Shown piece after piece: positions 19,337 through 28,254 of a stretch of DNA of 64,000 nucleotides. The notes under the pieces were generated by a model. The model ran no database searches and had not been told where the DNA came from. It saw only the letters and a program-made list of their open reading frames with translations. Both the position numbers and the translations under genes were made by a program. Position 1 is the stretch's first letter, and every line of letters starts with the position of its first letter. The stretch comes from Rickettsiales bacterium (GTDB taxonomy: Bacteria > Pseudomonadota > Alphaproteobacteria > Rickettsiales > JAIXRX01), in contig CBDFGH010000010.1 of the NCBI GenBank assembly GCA_965247145.1, positions 38,231 to 102,230 on the forward strand. The letters run 5' to 3'.

Positions 19337-19789
19337 ATGCCGCAGGATACTTTGAAAACCAACCCGCCACAAGATGGCGACACGCGCCGCGCCGAGCCCG
19401 TCTCGGAACCTTCATACGTCCAAGGCAAGTGCGTTGATCCGAACCAGCAGGGCTACAAAACAGGCCACCAAGACACGCCATTGCCGGACAGCAATCCTTA
19501 TTACGATGCCCAAACCGGCGTTGCGGTGAATCTGTCCGCACAGGCGCGCATGCGGATGGAAGCCCATCTGGGTGCCCCCTGGGACCGCACGAAGCATCAG
19601 GCGCTTCTGGCGCAACTGCTGGATGACAATGCGGCGCAATGGAAGCCGAAATCGGTGATAACCGGTGAATCAGGAAATCTGGCATTCGATTTGGAAAATC
19701 CGGAAGGACGTGCCGCATTACGCCTGGTTCAAGCCTATCAAGCCGAGCTGCAGGCGCGACTCGCGCGTTCCGCACGCACGCCTACCTAG
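19337..19789 (+). CDS. Hypothetical protein (150 aa) with a disordered Pro/Asp/Gln-rich N-terminus
   Basis: ATG at 19337 preceded by AGGAG (19326-19330). No family recognised. Its 3' end overlaps the aroQ 3' end by 4 nt. Confidence 0.5.
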   Translation: MPQDTLKTNPPQDGDTRRAEPVSEPSYVQGKCVDPNQQGYKTGHQDTPLPDSNPYYDAQTGVAVNLSAQARMRMEAHLGAPWDRTKHQALLAQLLDDNAAQWKPKSVITGESGNLAFDLENPEGRAALRLVQAYQAELQARLARSARTPT

Positions 19790-20283
19790 TGGCGCACCCA
19801 CTCCGCCAACGCTTCCAGCCCCAGCGCATAGCCCAGCGGGCCGCAGCCGCAGATGACGGCTTTGGCCACGGCGGAGACATGGCTGTGATGGCGGAATGCC
19901 TCGCGGGCGTGGATGTTGGAGAGATGCACTTCCACCACCGGTAGATCCACCGCCGCCAGCGCATCGCGCAGCGTGATGGAGGTGTGGCTGTAGGCACCGG
20001 GATTGATGAGTATGCCGTGCGCGCCCATACCATGGTCAGTGCCGCGCGCTTCGTGAATCCAATCGATCAATTCGCCTTCATGGTTGCTCTGGCGGAAATC
20101 GATACGCAGGCCGAGATCGGTCGCGCGCGCCTCGCAGCGCATGCGCAGATCTTCCAGCGTGCCCGCGCCGTAGATCGCAGGCTCGCGCGTGCCCAGCAGA
20201 TTGAGGTTCGGCCCGTTCAATACGAGCACAAGCGGCGTGCTGAGGCTGGGCGGCTTCGGGGTGGTGACGAGGGCGGAGGACAT
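19786..20283 (-). CDS. aroQ: Type II 3-dehydroquinate dehydratase
   Basis: [20 protein letters not shown]...[15 protein letters not shown]...[13 protein letters not shown]...[17 protein letters not shown]. Confidence 0.92.
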   Translation of the reverse strand: MSSALVTTPKPPSLSTPLVLVLNGPNLNLLGTREPAIYGAGTLEDLRMRCEARATDLGLRIDFRQSNHEGELIDWIHEARGTDHGMGAHGILINPGAYSHTSITLRDALAAVDLPVVEVHLSNIHAREAFRHHSHVSAVAKAVICGCGPLGYALGLEALAEWVRH

Positions 20284-20364
20284 AAGGGCCTTATGGATTG
20301 GCAGGGAGGAAATTGGCGCTATGATGCCCGCACCCCGCGAATTTGTCACCCGAAAGAGTCTTGC

Positions 20365-20571
20365 ATGCGCCTGCGCATCAACGGCGAGGAACGCGACCTC
20401 GCATTGCCCCCCGAACCCACCGCCGCCCATCTGGTCGAAGCCCTCGGCCTGGATCTGCGCAAAGCGGCGCTGGAGCGCAACCGCCTGGTCCTGCCCAAAA
20501 GCCGCCACGCCGAGACCCGGCTGGAGGCGGGAGATGAGATCGAGATCGTGCAATTCATCGGGGGTGGTTAG
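20365..20571 (+). CDS. thiS: Sulfur carrier protein ThiS
   Basis: 68 aa starting MRLRINGEE and ending ...[12 protein letters not shown] (C-terminal GG), upstream of thiG. Confidence 0.85.
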   Translation: MRLRINGEERDLALPPEPTAAHLVEALGLDLRKAALERNRLVLPKSRHAETRLEAGDEIEIVQFIGGG

Positions 20572-20664
20572 CCACTGTGAATCAAGGAAGCCTTATTGGG
20601 GCGGATAGGAATTGTTACGGCGAAATTCACATGAAGTGGCAATGAAGTTTGTTATCATGCGCCT

Positions 20665-20901
20665 ATGGCCGAGCATGATGCGCAGATCCTCCTCTATCCC
20701 TTCCCGCAATATGCGCCGGGGGATTGCGTCTATTACCGCGACGGGGTGTTTCAGTTGAAGCTTCAAGCTGCGCAGCTTTTGAACCAAGTCGCCTGCGGCA
20801 GCTACAGTCTCACCCCGCAAAACATCCATGCGCTCGCGGACGTCAACCGCCGCTGCCACGAAGTGGGCTTGACCCCGCTGGATTATCCGCCATCTATGTA
20901 A
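20665..20901 (+). CDS. Hypothetical 78-aa ORF between thiS and thiG
   Basis: ATG ORF in a lower-GC ~350-nt insert separating two genes that are normally adjacent. No homology recognised, so coding status is uncertain. Confidence 0.35.
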   Translation: MAEHDAQILLYPFPQYAPGDCVYYRDGVFQLKLQAAQLLNQVACGSYSLTPQNIHALADVNRRCHEVGLTPLDYPPSM

Positions 20902-20922
20902 CTCGCCCGAGTTGCTTGAAGG

Positions 20923-21714
20923 ATGAGCCCCATGAGTACTGATACCTGGTCCGTCGCCGGACGCACGCTGACCTCCCGCCTTATCGTGGGCACCGGGAAA
21001 TACAAGGATTTTGCCGAGACCAGGGAGGCCATCGAAGCTTCCGGCGCGGAGATCGTGACGGTGGCGGTGCGCCGGGTGAATATCTCCGATACCAGCCAGC
21101 CCAGCCTGCAGGATTTCCTCGATCCCGCGAAAATCATCTACCTGCCCAACACCGCCGGTTGCTACACGGCGGAAGACGCGGTGCGCACGTTGCGCCTGGC
21201 GCGCGAGATCGGGGGGTGGAATCTGGTGAAGCTCGAAGTGCTGGGCGACGAGATGACGCTCTACCCCGACATGCCCGCCACCTTCGAGGCGGCCAAGGCG
21301 CTGCTGGAAGACGGGTTCGAGGTGATGGTCTACACCAACGACGACCCGTTGGCGGCCAAGAAGCTGGAAGAAATGGGCTGCTGCGCCATCATGCCGCTGG
21401 GCGGGCTGATCGGTTCGGGTCACGGCCTGCTCAACCCGCTGAACATTCAACTCATCATCAACCGTGCGAAAGTGCCCGTGCTGGTGGATGCGGGCGTCGG
21501 CACGGCGTCCGACGCCGCTTTTGCGATGGAACTGGGCTGCGACGCGGTGTTGATGAATTCCGCCATCGCCCATGCCCGGCAGCCGGTGCGCATGGCGCGC
21601 GCCATGAAACACGCCATCATTGCCGGGCGCGAAGCTTTTCTGGCGGGCCGCATGCCGAAGAAGCAATATGGCGAGGCCAGTTCGCCCATCCAAGGCAAAA
21701 TCGGGGCTGCATAA
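20923..21714 (+). CDS. thiG: Thiazole synthase
   Basis: [10 protein letters not shown]...EIVTVAVRR...LPNTAGC.TAEDAVR...KLEVLGD...LMPLG.LIGSG.G...[28 protein letters not shown]. Confidence 0.95.
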   Translation: MSPMSTDTWSVAGRTLTSRLIVGTGKYKDFAETREAIEASGAEIVTVAVRRVNISDTSQPSLQDFLDPAKIIYLPNTAGCYTAEDAVRTLRLAREIGGWNLVKLEVLGDEMTLYPDMPATFEAAKALLEDGFEVMVYTNDDPLAAKKLEEMGCCAIMPLGGLIGSGHGLLNPLNIQLIINRAKVPVLVDAGVGTASDAAFAMELGCDAVLMNSAIAHARQPVRMARAMKHAIIAGREAFLAGRMPKKQYGEASSPIQGKIGAA

Positions 21715-21774
21715 TCCTTTCATTTGGCGTATCGCTACGCATCGACACGATGCAACTTCCGGAATGCCCAAAGC

Positions 21775-22578
21775 ATGAAAACCACGCCCGAACTGGAACT
21801 TTCCCCCTTCCGCTTTCCTTCCGGATGGGCGTTGCTTTCCCCGTTACTGATCGGGCTGCTGCTGGCCGCGCTTTGGTATCTGCACCGCCACGGCCTGCCG
21901 TGGGACGACGCCTGGGCGCGCTGGTTCTATCGACCCGAGAATAGCACCGCGCAAAGCGGCCCCTGGGTGTGGGACGAGCATCAGCGCCGCACCAGCTTCT
22001 GGGCGCACCACATGGTGCGCCTGGGTTTCCAGATCTTCGGGCTTTTCGCGGCCTGGATGGCGTGGCGCAAACCCACCGCACGGCGCGGATGGCTGGCGCT
22101 GCTTCTGGCGCTGATCCTGGTGCCCACGCTCATTTCCAGCATGAAGCATATGAGCCATCATTATTGCCCGGATCATCTCGCGCGTTTCGGCGGCCCGATC
22201 CGCGAAGATGGCTCGTTCGACGGCTTCGCCATGGATGCGGAAACCCAGCATCCACCGAAACCGCAATGCTTCCCCGCCGGGCATGTGGCGCCGGGCTTTG
22301 CGTTGATGGCGCTGATCTTCGTGGCGCGCACGCGGCGCGGGAAAATCGCCGCCGTGGCTCTGGCGCTCGGTTGCGGCACCGCGCTGACATTTCTGCAGAT
22401 GGCGCGCGGCGAGCATTTCTTCAGCCATGGCATGGCCAGCCTGATCGTGGCGTTGTTGCTACTCGTGCCGTGCCACTGGCTGGCGGGCGGATTGCTCCGG
22501 GCCATCGGCCTGCGCGGCAGATGGCGCGCCCGTGCCACCCATCGCATGATGTATGAAGCACTTGCCCTCGTCGGTTAA
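21775..22578 (+). CDS. PAP2-family membrane phosphatase (lipid phosphatase-like)
   Basis: Polytopic membrane protein with PAP2-like motifs: KHMSHHYCP (KxxxxxxRP-like), FPAGH (PSGH-like) and ARGEHFFSH (SRxxxxxH-like). Confidence 0.6.
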   Translation: MKTTPELELSPFRFPSGWALLSPLLIGLLLAALWYLHRHGLPWDDAWARWFYRPENSTAQSGPWVWDEHQRRTSFWAHHMVRLGFQIFGLFAAWMAWRKPTARRGWLALLLALILVPTLISSMKHMSHHYCPDHLARFGGPIREDGSFDGFAMDAETQHPPKPQCFPAGHVAPGFALMALIFVARTRRGKIAAVALALGCGTALTFLQMARGEHFFSHGMASLIVALLLLVPCHWLAGGLLRAIGLRGRWRARATHRMMYEALALVG

Positions 22579-23351
22579 GAACGCTCGGTACGGATAGAGA
22601 GCATCGCCAATAGGAAGGTGGCCAGGGTCAGCGCCAATGCCCCGCGCATTGCCAACGCCGAGCCGAGCAACAGCGCAGCCGGTGTCATCAGTATCAATCC
22701 CGGCAGCAAGGCATGCGCGGCGATGCGCAGCCAGTCCTGGTAAGCGAACCGAAGACCGACGAGATACTGCGCCAGCCAGCCGAAAGCCGCGAGCAACAAC
22801 GAAGCGATTACGGTCATCAACCAGAAAACCAGCAAGGCCACGGCAATGCCCCCGCAGCAAATCAGCATGACCCACGACCCGATGGTCTGGCGATAGACGC
22901 CGGCGTCCACATGCCGCTCCTGGCCGAAATACTCGCCCACGCTCCAATGTTTGCGGATGCCGAGCTTGGGGAAAAGGGAATAGACGTCGCGCTGCGTGAC
23001 CATGAACAGCACATGATTCTTCGTCATCCATTCCATCACCTGCGGCGGCTCGCCGCCCCGCGTATCGAAAATGAAACTATCGCCGAGTTCCCCCGGCCCG
23101 TTTTCGGAAACGACGACGCGGCGGGGAATGGGCTCCGCCCCATGGGCCACGCCGCCCTGCACTTCGAGCACGGGAAACATGGCGGAGATGTCATAGAGTT
23201 CGGGGATGGCGATGGTGGCGTACCATCCCAATCCGATGAACTGGATGCACAGGCACAATTTAACGAGAAACCCGAGCCCGGTCCCCGGCTCATAAGCGAG
23301 ATCGCGGTAGAAATTGGGCCACCAGAAATGGCCGAAGAAACGCGCGAGCAT
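22575..23351 (-). CDS. Integral membrane protein, DUF1189-like
   Basis: 258 aa. The N-terminal FFGHFWWPNFYRDLAYEPGTGLGFL followed by TM helices resembles my memory of DUF1189. Weak assignment. Confidence 0.45.
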   Translation of the reverse strand: MLARFFGHFWWPNFYRDLAYEPGTGLGFLVKLCLCIQFIGLGWYATIAIPELYDISAMFPVLEVQGGVAHGAEPIPRRVVVSENGPGELGDSFIFDTRGGEPPQVMEWMTKNHVLFMVTQRDVYSLFPKLGIRKHWSVGEYFGQERHVDAGVYRQTIGSWVMLICCGGIAVALLVFWLMTVIASLLLAAFGWLAQYLVGLRFAYQDWLRIAAHALLPGLILMTPAALLLGSALAMRGALALTLATFLLAMLSIRTERS

Positions 23352-23378
23352 GAGTGATCGTTCCCGTGGGTAAAAATG

Positions 23379-24692
23379 CTATTTGTAGACGTGCACCTTG
23401 TTGCCATGCAGCGCCAGATCCAGCCCCTCGGCTTCGATCAACGGTGTAACGCGCAGTCCCATGAGCGCTTTTACCAGCTTCAGCAGCAGGAAAGTCGCCA
23501 GCGCCGTATAGGCCACGACCACGGCCACCGCCACGGCTTGCGCCCCGAGCTGCGCCCAATTGCCCTCGATCACGCCGGAAGTGCCGCCGATCTCTTTGCT
23601 GGCGAAGACGCCCGTCAGCAGCGCACCGACGATACCGCCCACACCATGAATGCCGAAAGCGTCCAACGTATCGTCGAAGCCCAGGCGCTCTTTCAGGAAA
23701 GCCACCGCACCGTAGCAGGCCAAAGCCCCGGCCACCCCGATCAGCAGCGAGGATTCGAAGCCGACGAAACCCGCGGCGGGGGTGATGGCGACCAGGCCCG
23801 CCACCGCGCCGGAAATCGCGCCCACCACGCTGGGCTTGCCCTCATGTTTCCATTCCACCAGCACCCAGGTGAGGCCTGCTGCGGCGGCCGACGTATTCGT
23901 CACTAGCATCGCCATGCCCGCCTGCGTGCCCGCGATGAGGGCGGAACCGGCATTGAACCCGAACCAGCCCACCCACAGAAACGCCGCGCCCATCACAGAG
24001 AGCACGAGATTGTTGGAGGTCGATTCGTTCGGCACCCGGCTTTTGCCGAGCACCAAAGCCGCCACCAGCCCGGCGATGCCGGAGGTGACATGCACCACCG
24101 TGCCGCCCGCGAAATCGAGCGCTTTGCCAAGGCCGAACAGGCCTGTGTAACTGTCATCCCCCGTACCGCCGATGAAGCCGCCCGGACCCCACACCCAATG
24201 CGCCACCGGCGTATAGACCACCGCGATCCATAGCGCGGAGAAGACGAGCACGGAGGAGAATTTGATACGATCCGCCACGCTGCCCAGCAGGATGGCCGCC
24301 GTGATGATGGCGAAGGTCATCTGGAAGAAGATGAACACGGTCTCGGGGATGGTGCCCGACAGCGAAGTCGGCTTCACGCCATGCAGCAGAATCTTCGACG
24401 CATCCCCCAGCCAGCGGAATTCATTGGTGCCGGTGAACGCAAACCCATACCCCACGATCGGCCAGACCAAACTCACCACGATCGCCACCGCAAACGTCTG
24501 CATCAACGTCGCCAGCAGATTATCCTTCCGCACCAGCCCGCCATAGAACAAAGCAAGGCCAGGCAGGGACATCATCAGCACAAGAATGCCGGACATCATC
24601 ATCCAAGCCGTGTCGCCCTTATCGAGCGCGGCATCGGCGGCGAGGGCAGGGGTGGCGAGAAAAGCCAGAGGGAGAAAACGAGAGAAACGCAT
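23379..24692 (-). CDS. amtB: Ammonium transporter (Amt family)
   Basis: Signal peptide MRFSRFLPLAFLATPALA, then DKGDTAWMMMSGILVLMMSLPGLALFYGG...DFAGGTVVH...FGIHGVGGIVGALLTG. No glnK adjacent. Confidence 0.92.
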   Translation of the reverse strand: MRFSRFLPLAFLATPALAADAALDKGDTAWMMMSGILVLMMSLPGLALFYGGLVRKDNLLATLMQTFAVAIVVSLVWPIVGYGFAFTGTNEFRWLGDASKILLHGVKPTSLSGTIPETVFIFFQMTFAIITAAILLGSVADRIKFSSVLVFSALWIAVVYTPVAHWVWGPGGFIGGTGDDSYTGLFGLGKALDFAGGTVVHVTSGIAGLVAALVLGKSRVPNESTSNNLVLSVMGAAFLWVGWFGFNAGSALIAGTQAGMAMLVTNTSAAAAGLTWVLVEWKHEGKPSVVGAISGAVAGLVAITPAAGFVGFESSLLIGVAGALACYGAVAFLKERLGFDDTLDAFGIHGVGGIVGALLTGVFASKEIGGTSGVIEGNWAQLGAQAVAVAVVVAYTALATFLLLKLVKALMGLRVTPLIEAEGLDLALHGNKVHVYK

Positions 24693-24873
24693 GAGCTGAC
24701 CGAAGCAAGAATGAATAGCATTTCTAAGCCCAACCCCGCGCGGCGGCAAGCGGCGAGTCATTGGAATTCGCAAAAGAAATTACCCCCAGCGCTGCACAAA
24801 AATTCGGCGACTTGCTCAATGAGCATGCATTCCGTGCAATGACGCTACAAGCTAACTTTGCGCTGATCTGGGA

Positions 24874-25299
24874 CTATTGTCGGCTTGGTTGAAGCTTACT
24901 CATCAAAAGATCGCTCGCCTGTTCATCCAGCGCGAAATCCACATCGATTGTTTTGAACACATGCATGGTCTGCCCATCATGGGTAAGCATTCGGTTCGTG
25001 GCATGGATCGCTGCATAGGGAATGGCGAAACCGCGTTGGCTTTGGCGAATGCCGCGACCGGGCGTCATCAGAAGATGCGTCGGGGTGAAGCGCAGGCCTA
25101 GGCAATGTAGAAAATAATCGCGGCCCAGCATGCCGGTGTAGAAATCGCGCATATATGGCGTGGGGGTCCAGCCATAGGCATATCGCAAATGCTGTTGGAC
25201 CGAGGGAGTGAGAAACGAGGGTTTATTGCTGAACAAAGGATTGGATAAAGCAAGGAATATCAGCCCAGCAAGGATCAGCCACCGCCGCCAATGCCTCAC
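24874..25299 (-). CDS. Hypothetical membrane-anchored protein (141 aa) translationally coupled to virD4
   Basis: Its GTG start overlaps the virD4 TGA (GTGA at 25296-25299). One N-terminal TM (WLILAGLIFLALSNPLF). No family recognised. Confidence 0.5.
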   Translation of the reverse strand: MRHWRRWLILAGLIFLALSNPLFSNKPSFLTPSVQQHLRYAYGWTPTPYMRDFYTGMLGRDYFLHCLGLRFTPTHLLMTPGRGIRQSQRGFAIPYAAIHATNRMLTHDGQTMHVFKTIDVDFALDEQASDLLMSKLQPSRQ

Positions 25300-27116
25300 G
25301 CCGCTGGTTCTTCCGGCGCACCCTGCGCAGTGGATTTCGGTTTCTTGCGGGGGTCGTAGGGTTCCTGCACCGGCACGAAGGTTTTGGGCAGCAGCCGCTT
25401 GGTGAAGAACTTATCCTGGTAATAGAATATCTTCTTCGTTTTCATCGGGGGGTTGGATTCGATGAGGATGATTTGTTCGTCTCTTGGAAGCGTGATGACT
25501 TCCTGGGGAAGTACCAGCGCGCGTTGGACTTCGGAGGTGTTCACCGTACGCGCGCCGGGGTTGAGGTCGAAGAATTTCGGGCGGCTGTGCGATTCGCTCT
25601 TCACCGTCTTGTTCCCGATCATCTGGGAGATCATGTTCGCGGTGTCGATGTTGTTGGCGGCGAAGGTGACGCGGTAATAGGCGTTCGAGAGGAACGAGTT
25701 CATGCCCGCTTCTTCGTAGATGCCTTTCAGCTGCTGGGTATCCTGCGTGATCAGGAACAATTTCACGCGGTATCCGCGGAAATACGCGATGCCCGACTTG
25801 AAGCTTTCCATCTCGCCCAGCGTCGGGAACTCATCCATCAGCATCAGCACGCCGAAAGGTTCGTCCTTGCGCGGCATCCAGCGTGTCATGAAATCGGCGG
25901 CTTGCTGGTAGAAGGTCTTCAGCAGCGGTTCGAGACGCTTCAAGTTGTCCGGCGTCACCCCGCAATAGACCGTGATCTTTTTCTTCTTCATCTCGGAAAA
26001 ATTGAAATCCGAGGTCGCGGTCGCGGTGTCGATCAGCGGGTTGGCCCAGAGCTCCAAGCCGGAGTTCAGCGTCGAGACCACGCCGGAACGTTCCTTGTCC
26101 GCTTTCTGCAGGAAGGAGGCGATGTTCATATAGGAAACCGGGTGGATTTTCTTGCCGATCGTATCCAGCACCACGGCCAGGCTATAGACCACGTCGTCCG
26201 AACGCATGGTGCGCACCACTTCGCCGAAGGAGCACATTTTCTCCGGGTTCGGCGGACGGGAAACGCTGAACAGATAGAGGATCACGCCCATCAGCAGCGA
26301 GCGCGCTTCGTTCTGCCAGAATTCCTGTTCGGGCAGGATCAAATTGCAGATCTTCTGCACGTCATCCACCATCTGCCCCATCTTCTCGCTGATCCAGTCG
26401 AGCGGATTGTAGCAATGGGTGTTCCCGTCCGGGTCGGCGGGATTCCAGACATAGACTTCCTGGCCGATGCTGGCGCGGTAGCCGCTGCAGAGCTCGTAGT
26501 TTTCCAGCTTGATGTCGTGGCAGATCACGCTGTTTTCCCAGAAGAGCAGATTCGGGATCACGAAGCCCACCCCTTTCCCCGAGCCGGTGGGGGCGAAGAG
26601 GAGGACGTGCTGGAAATCGTCTGCGATCAGGTAATCCGCCGCACCTGTGCGGCCCAGCAGCAGGCCCTTCTTGGCGCGCAGTTTCGCCGCCTTGATCTCG
26701 ACCGGGGTTGCCCAATGCGCGTCTCCGTGCAGGGTTTCCTTGCGCTTGAAAGGGCGGAAATCGAGCAGCGGCGCGCGCAGCCAGAAAACCAGAAGGCTGC
26801 TGATGACAAAGGCCCCGACCACTGGACCGATGACGAATTTAAACAGGGGTTTCGCCGCCGGATGGTTGTGCAACGGCCAGAGATAATCCACATACAGCCA
26901 CTTCACCACCGGCCAGAACTGATGCGGATCGAGCGCGCGCTTGGCGTAGACGAGGCCGTAGCCGAAGGCCTTGTCCGCGCCGTAGCTTGGTTCGTACAAT
27001 TTCGCCATGACCAGCCACACCGAAGCGCAGACCCCGAGATACAACGGGATCACCACCAGGATCGCGACGACGATCATGACCATGAAGCGGTTATAGACGG
27101 AATATTTGAAGGCCAT
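25296..27116 (-). CDS. virD4: Type IV secretion coupling protein (VirD4/TraG family)
   Basis: Two N-terminal TMs and Walker A LLFAPTGSGKGVGFVIPNLL, then ...MLMDEFPTLG... and the rest of the TraG/VirD4 layout. Confidence 0.9.
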   Translation of the reverse strand: MAFKYSVYNRFMVMIVVAILVVIPLYLGVCASVWLVMAKLYEPSYGADKAFGYGLVYAKRALDPHQFWPVVKWLYVDYLWPLHNHPAAKPLFKFVIGPVVGAFVISSLLVFWLRAPLLDFRPFKRKETLHGDAHWATPVEIKAAKLRAKKGLLLGRTGAADYLIADDFQHVLLFAPTGSGKGVGFVIPNLLFWENSVICHDIKLENYELCSGYRASIGQEVYVWNPADPDGNTHCYNPLDWISEKMGQMVDDVQKICNLILPEQEFWQNEARSLLMGVILYLFSVSRPPNPEKMCSFGEVVRTMRSDDVVYSLAVVLDTIGKKIHPVSYMNIASFLQKADKERSGVVSTLNSGLELWANPLIDTATATSDFNFSEMKKKKITVYCGVTPDNLKRLEPLLKTFYQQAADFMTRWMPRKDEPFGVLMLMDEFPTLGEMESFKSGIAYFRGYRVKLFLITQDTQQLKGIYEEAGMNSFLSNAYYRVTFAANNIDTANMISQMIGNKTVKSESHSRPKFFDLNPGARTVNTSEVQRALVLPQEVITLPRDEQIILIESNPPMKTKKIFYYQDKFFTKRLLPKTFVPVQEPYDPRKKPKSTAQGAPEEPAA

Positions 27117-27132
27117 GTGGTCGATTCATCTA

Positions 27133-27253
27133 GCCTCCCCCCGCCCGCGGGGGGAGGTTGGAGGGGGGTAGCCACCGCTTGTGCCGTCGAACTTTTCTCG
27201 CACAAGCGGAGAGAACCCCCACCCCTCCCTCCCCCGCGGGCGGGGGAGGGGGT
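27133..27253. repeat. Nested-palindrome intergenic repeat, copy 2 (subtype A)
   Basis: cctccccccgcccgcggggggaggttggaggggggta ... agaacccccacccctccctcccccgcgggcgggggaggggg, with an inner palindrome ccgcttgtgc...gcacaagcgg. It fills the virB11-virD4 gap. Confidence 0.8.
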
Positions 27254-27270
27254 TTTCTATGTGGGCAATC

Positions 27271-28254
27271 CTAGTGCCCGCCCTCTTTAAAGTAAATCTC
27301 GGAAACGAAACGCCGACCGCGATCCCCGCGTTTCAGCTGCACGATGACATGGATGACGTTTTCGACATATTCCTTGATCTGCTCGCGCGTGATGCCCAGC
27401 CCCGCCTGCATCACCATCAGGCACAATTGTTCGATGGCCAAAGCGGGCGTGTCCGCGTGCAACGTGGAGACCGAACCCGGGTGGCCGGTATTGACCGCGC
27501 GCAGGAAGGCGAAGGCTTCCGCGCCGCGCAATTCGCCCACGATGATGCGGTCCGGGCGCAGGCGCAGGCAAGCTTCGATGAGTTGCTGCGTATCCACTTT
27601 GGCGCGGCCCTGGCCACCTTTCGAGGCGAGCAGATGCACTTTGTTGGGGAGATGTTCGAGATTGATCTCGCGCGCATCTTCCGCCGTGATGATGCGCTCG
27701 GAGACCGGGATTTCGCGCAAGGCGGCATTGACGAAGGTGGTTTTCCCCGTGCTGGTGCCGCCGGAGACGATGATGTTTTTCTTGGCATGGATGGCGAGTT
27801 TGAGGAAATCCTTGATCGCGCCCGCATCGAGCAATCCGCGCATCTGCGCATCCACCGGATTGAGTTGCGTGCGGCTGATCGTGCTTTGAAATGCACCCAA
27901 AGCCTCGTAATTATCCAAATTCAACTGCATCACGGTGGGTTTGCGGATGGAGAAAGCGACTTGGCCGTCCGCGCAGGCGGGGGGGAAAACGATCTGCACG
28001 CGGAAGCCGTCCGGCAGCGTGCCCGAAAGCAGGGGCATTTCCTCGCTGATGTTCTGGTCGGTCGATTGGGCGATGAGTTTACCCAGGGTCTTGAGATGCT
28101 GCAGCGTGAGATCGGGCAGTTCCTCGCGCACCATGTCGCCGCGCATTTCCACCCAGGCTTCACCGGGGCGGTTGATTGAAATCTCGCTTACCCCCTCGCG
28201 GTCGAACAAAGCGCGCAGGGGCTGCAGGTAGGTATCAAGCGCGGTGAGCGACAT
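27271..28254 (-). CDS. virB11: Type IV secretion ATPase VirB11
   Basis: Walker A IIVSGGTSTGKTTF, then ...RIITAEDAREI...RPDRIIVGELRG.EA..FLRAVNTGHPGS.STLHA. are classic VirB11 motifs. Confidence 0.92.
   Translation of the reverse strand: MSLTALDTYLQPLRALFDREGVSEISINRPGEAWVEMRGDMVREELPDLTLQHLKTLGKLIAQSTDQNISEEMPLLSGTLPDGFRVQIVFPPACADGQVAFSIRKPTVMQLNLDNYEALGAFQSTISRTQLNPVDAQMRGLLDAGAIKDFLKLAIHAKKNIIVSGGTSTGKTTFVNAALREIPVSERIITAEDAREINLEHLPNKVHLLASKGGQGRAKVDTQQLIEACLRLRPDRIIVGELRGAEAFAFLRAVNTGHPGSVSTLHADTPALAIEQLCLMVMQAGLGITREQIKEYVENVIHVIVQLKRGDRGRRFVSEIYFKEGGH

Noticed and set aside
20284-20364. A possible TPP riboswitch upstream of thiS.
   Set aside because: I could not find the conserved CUGAGA or ACCUGAUCUGGAUAAUGCCAGCG-type elements. 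Only 81 nt are available. An Infernal scan is needed to be certain.
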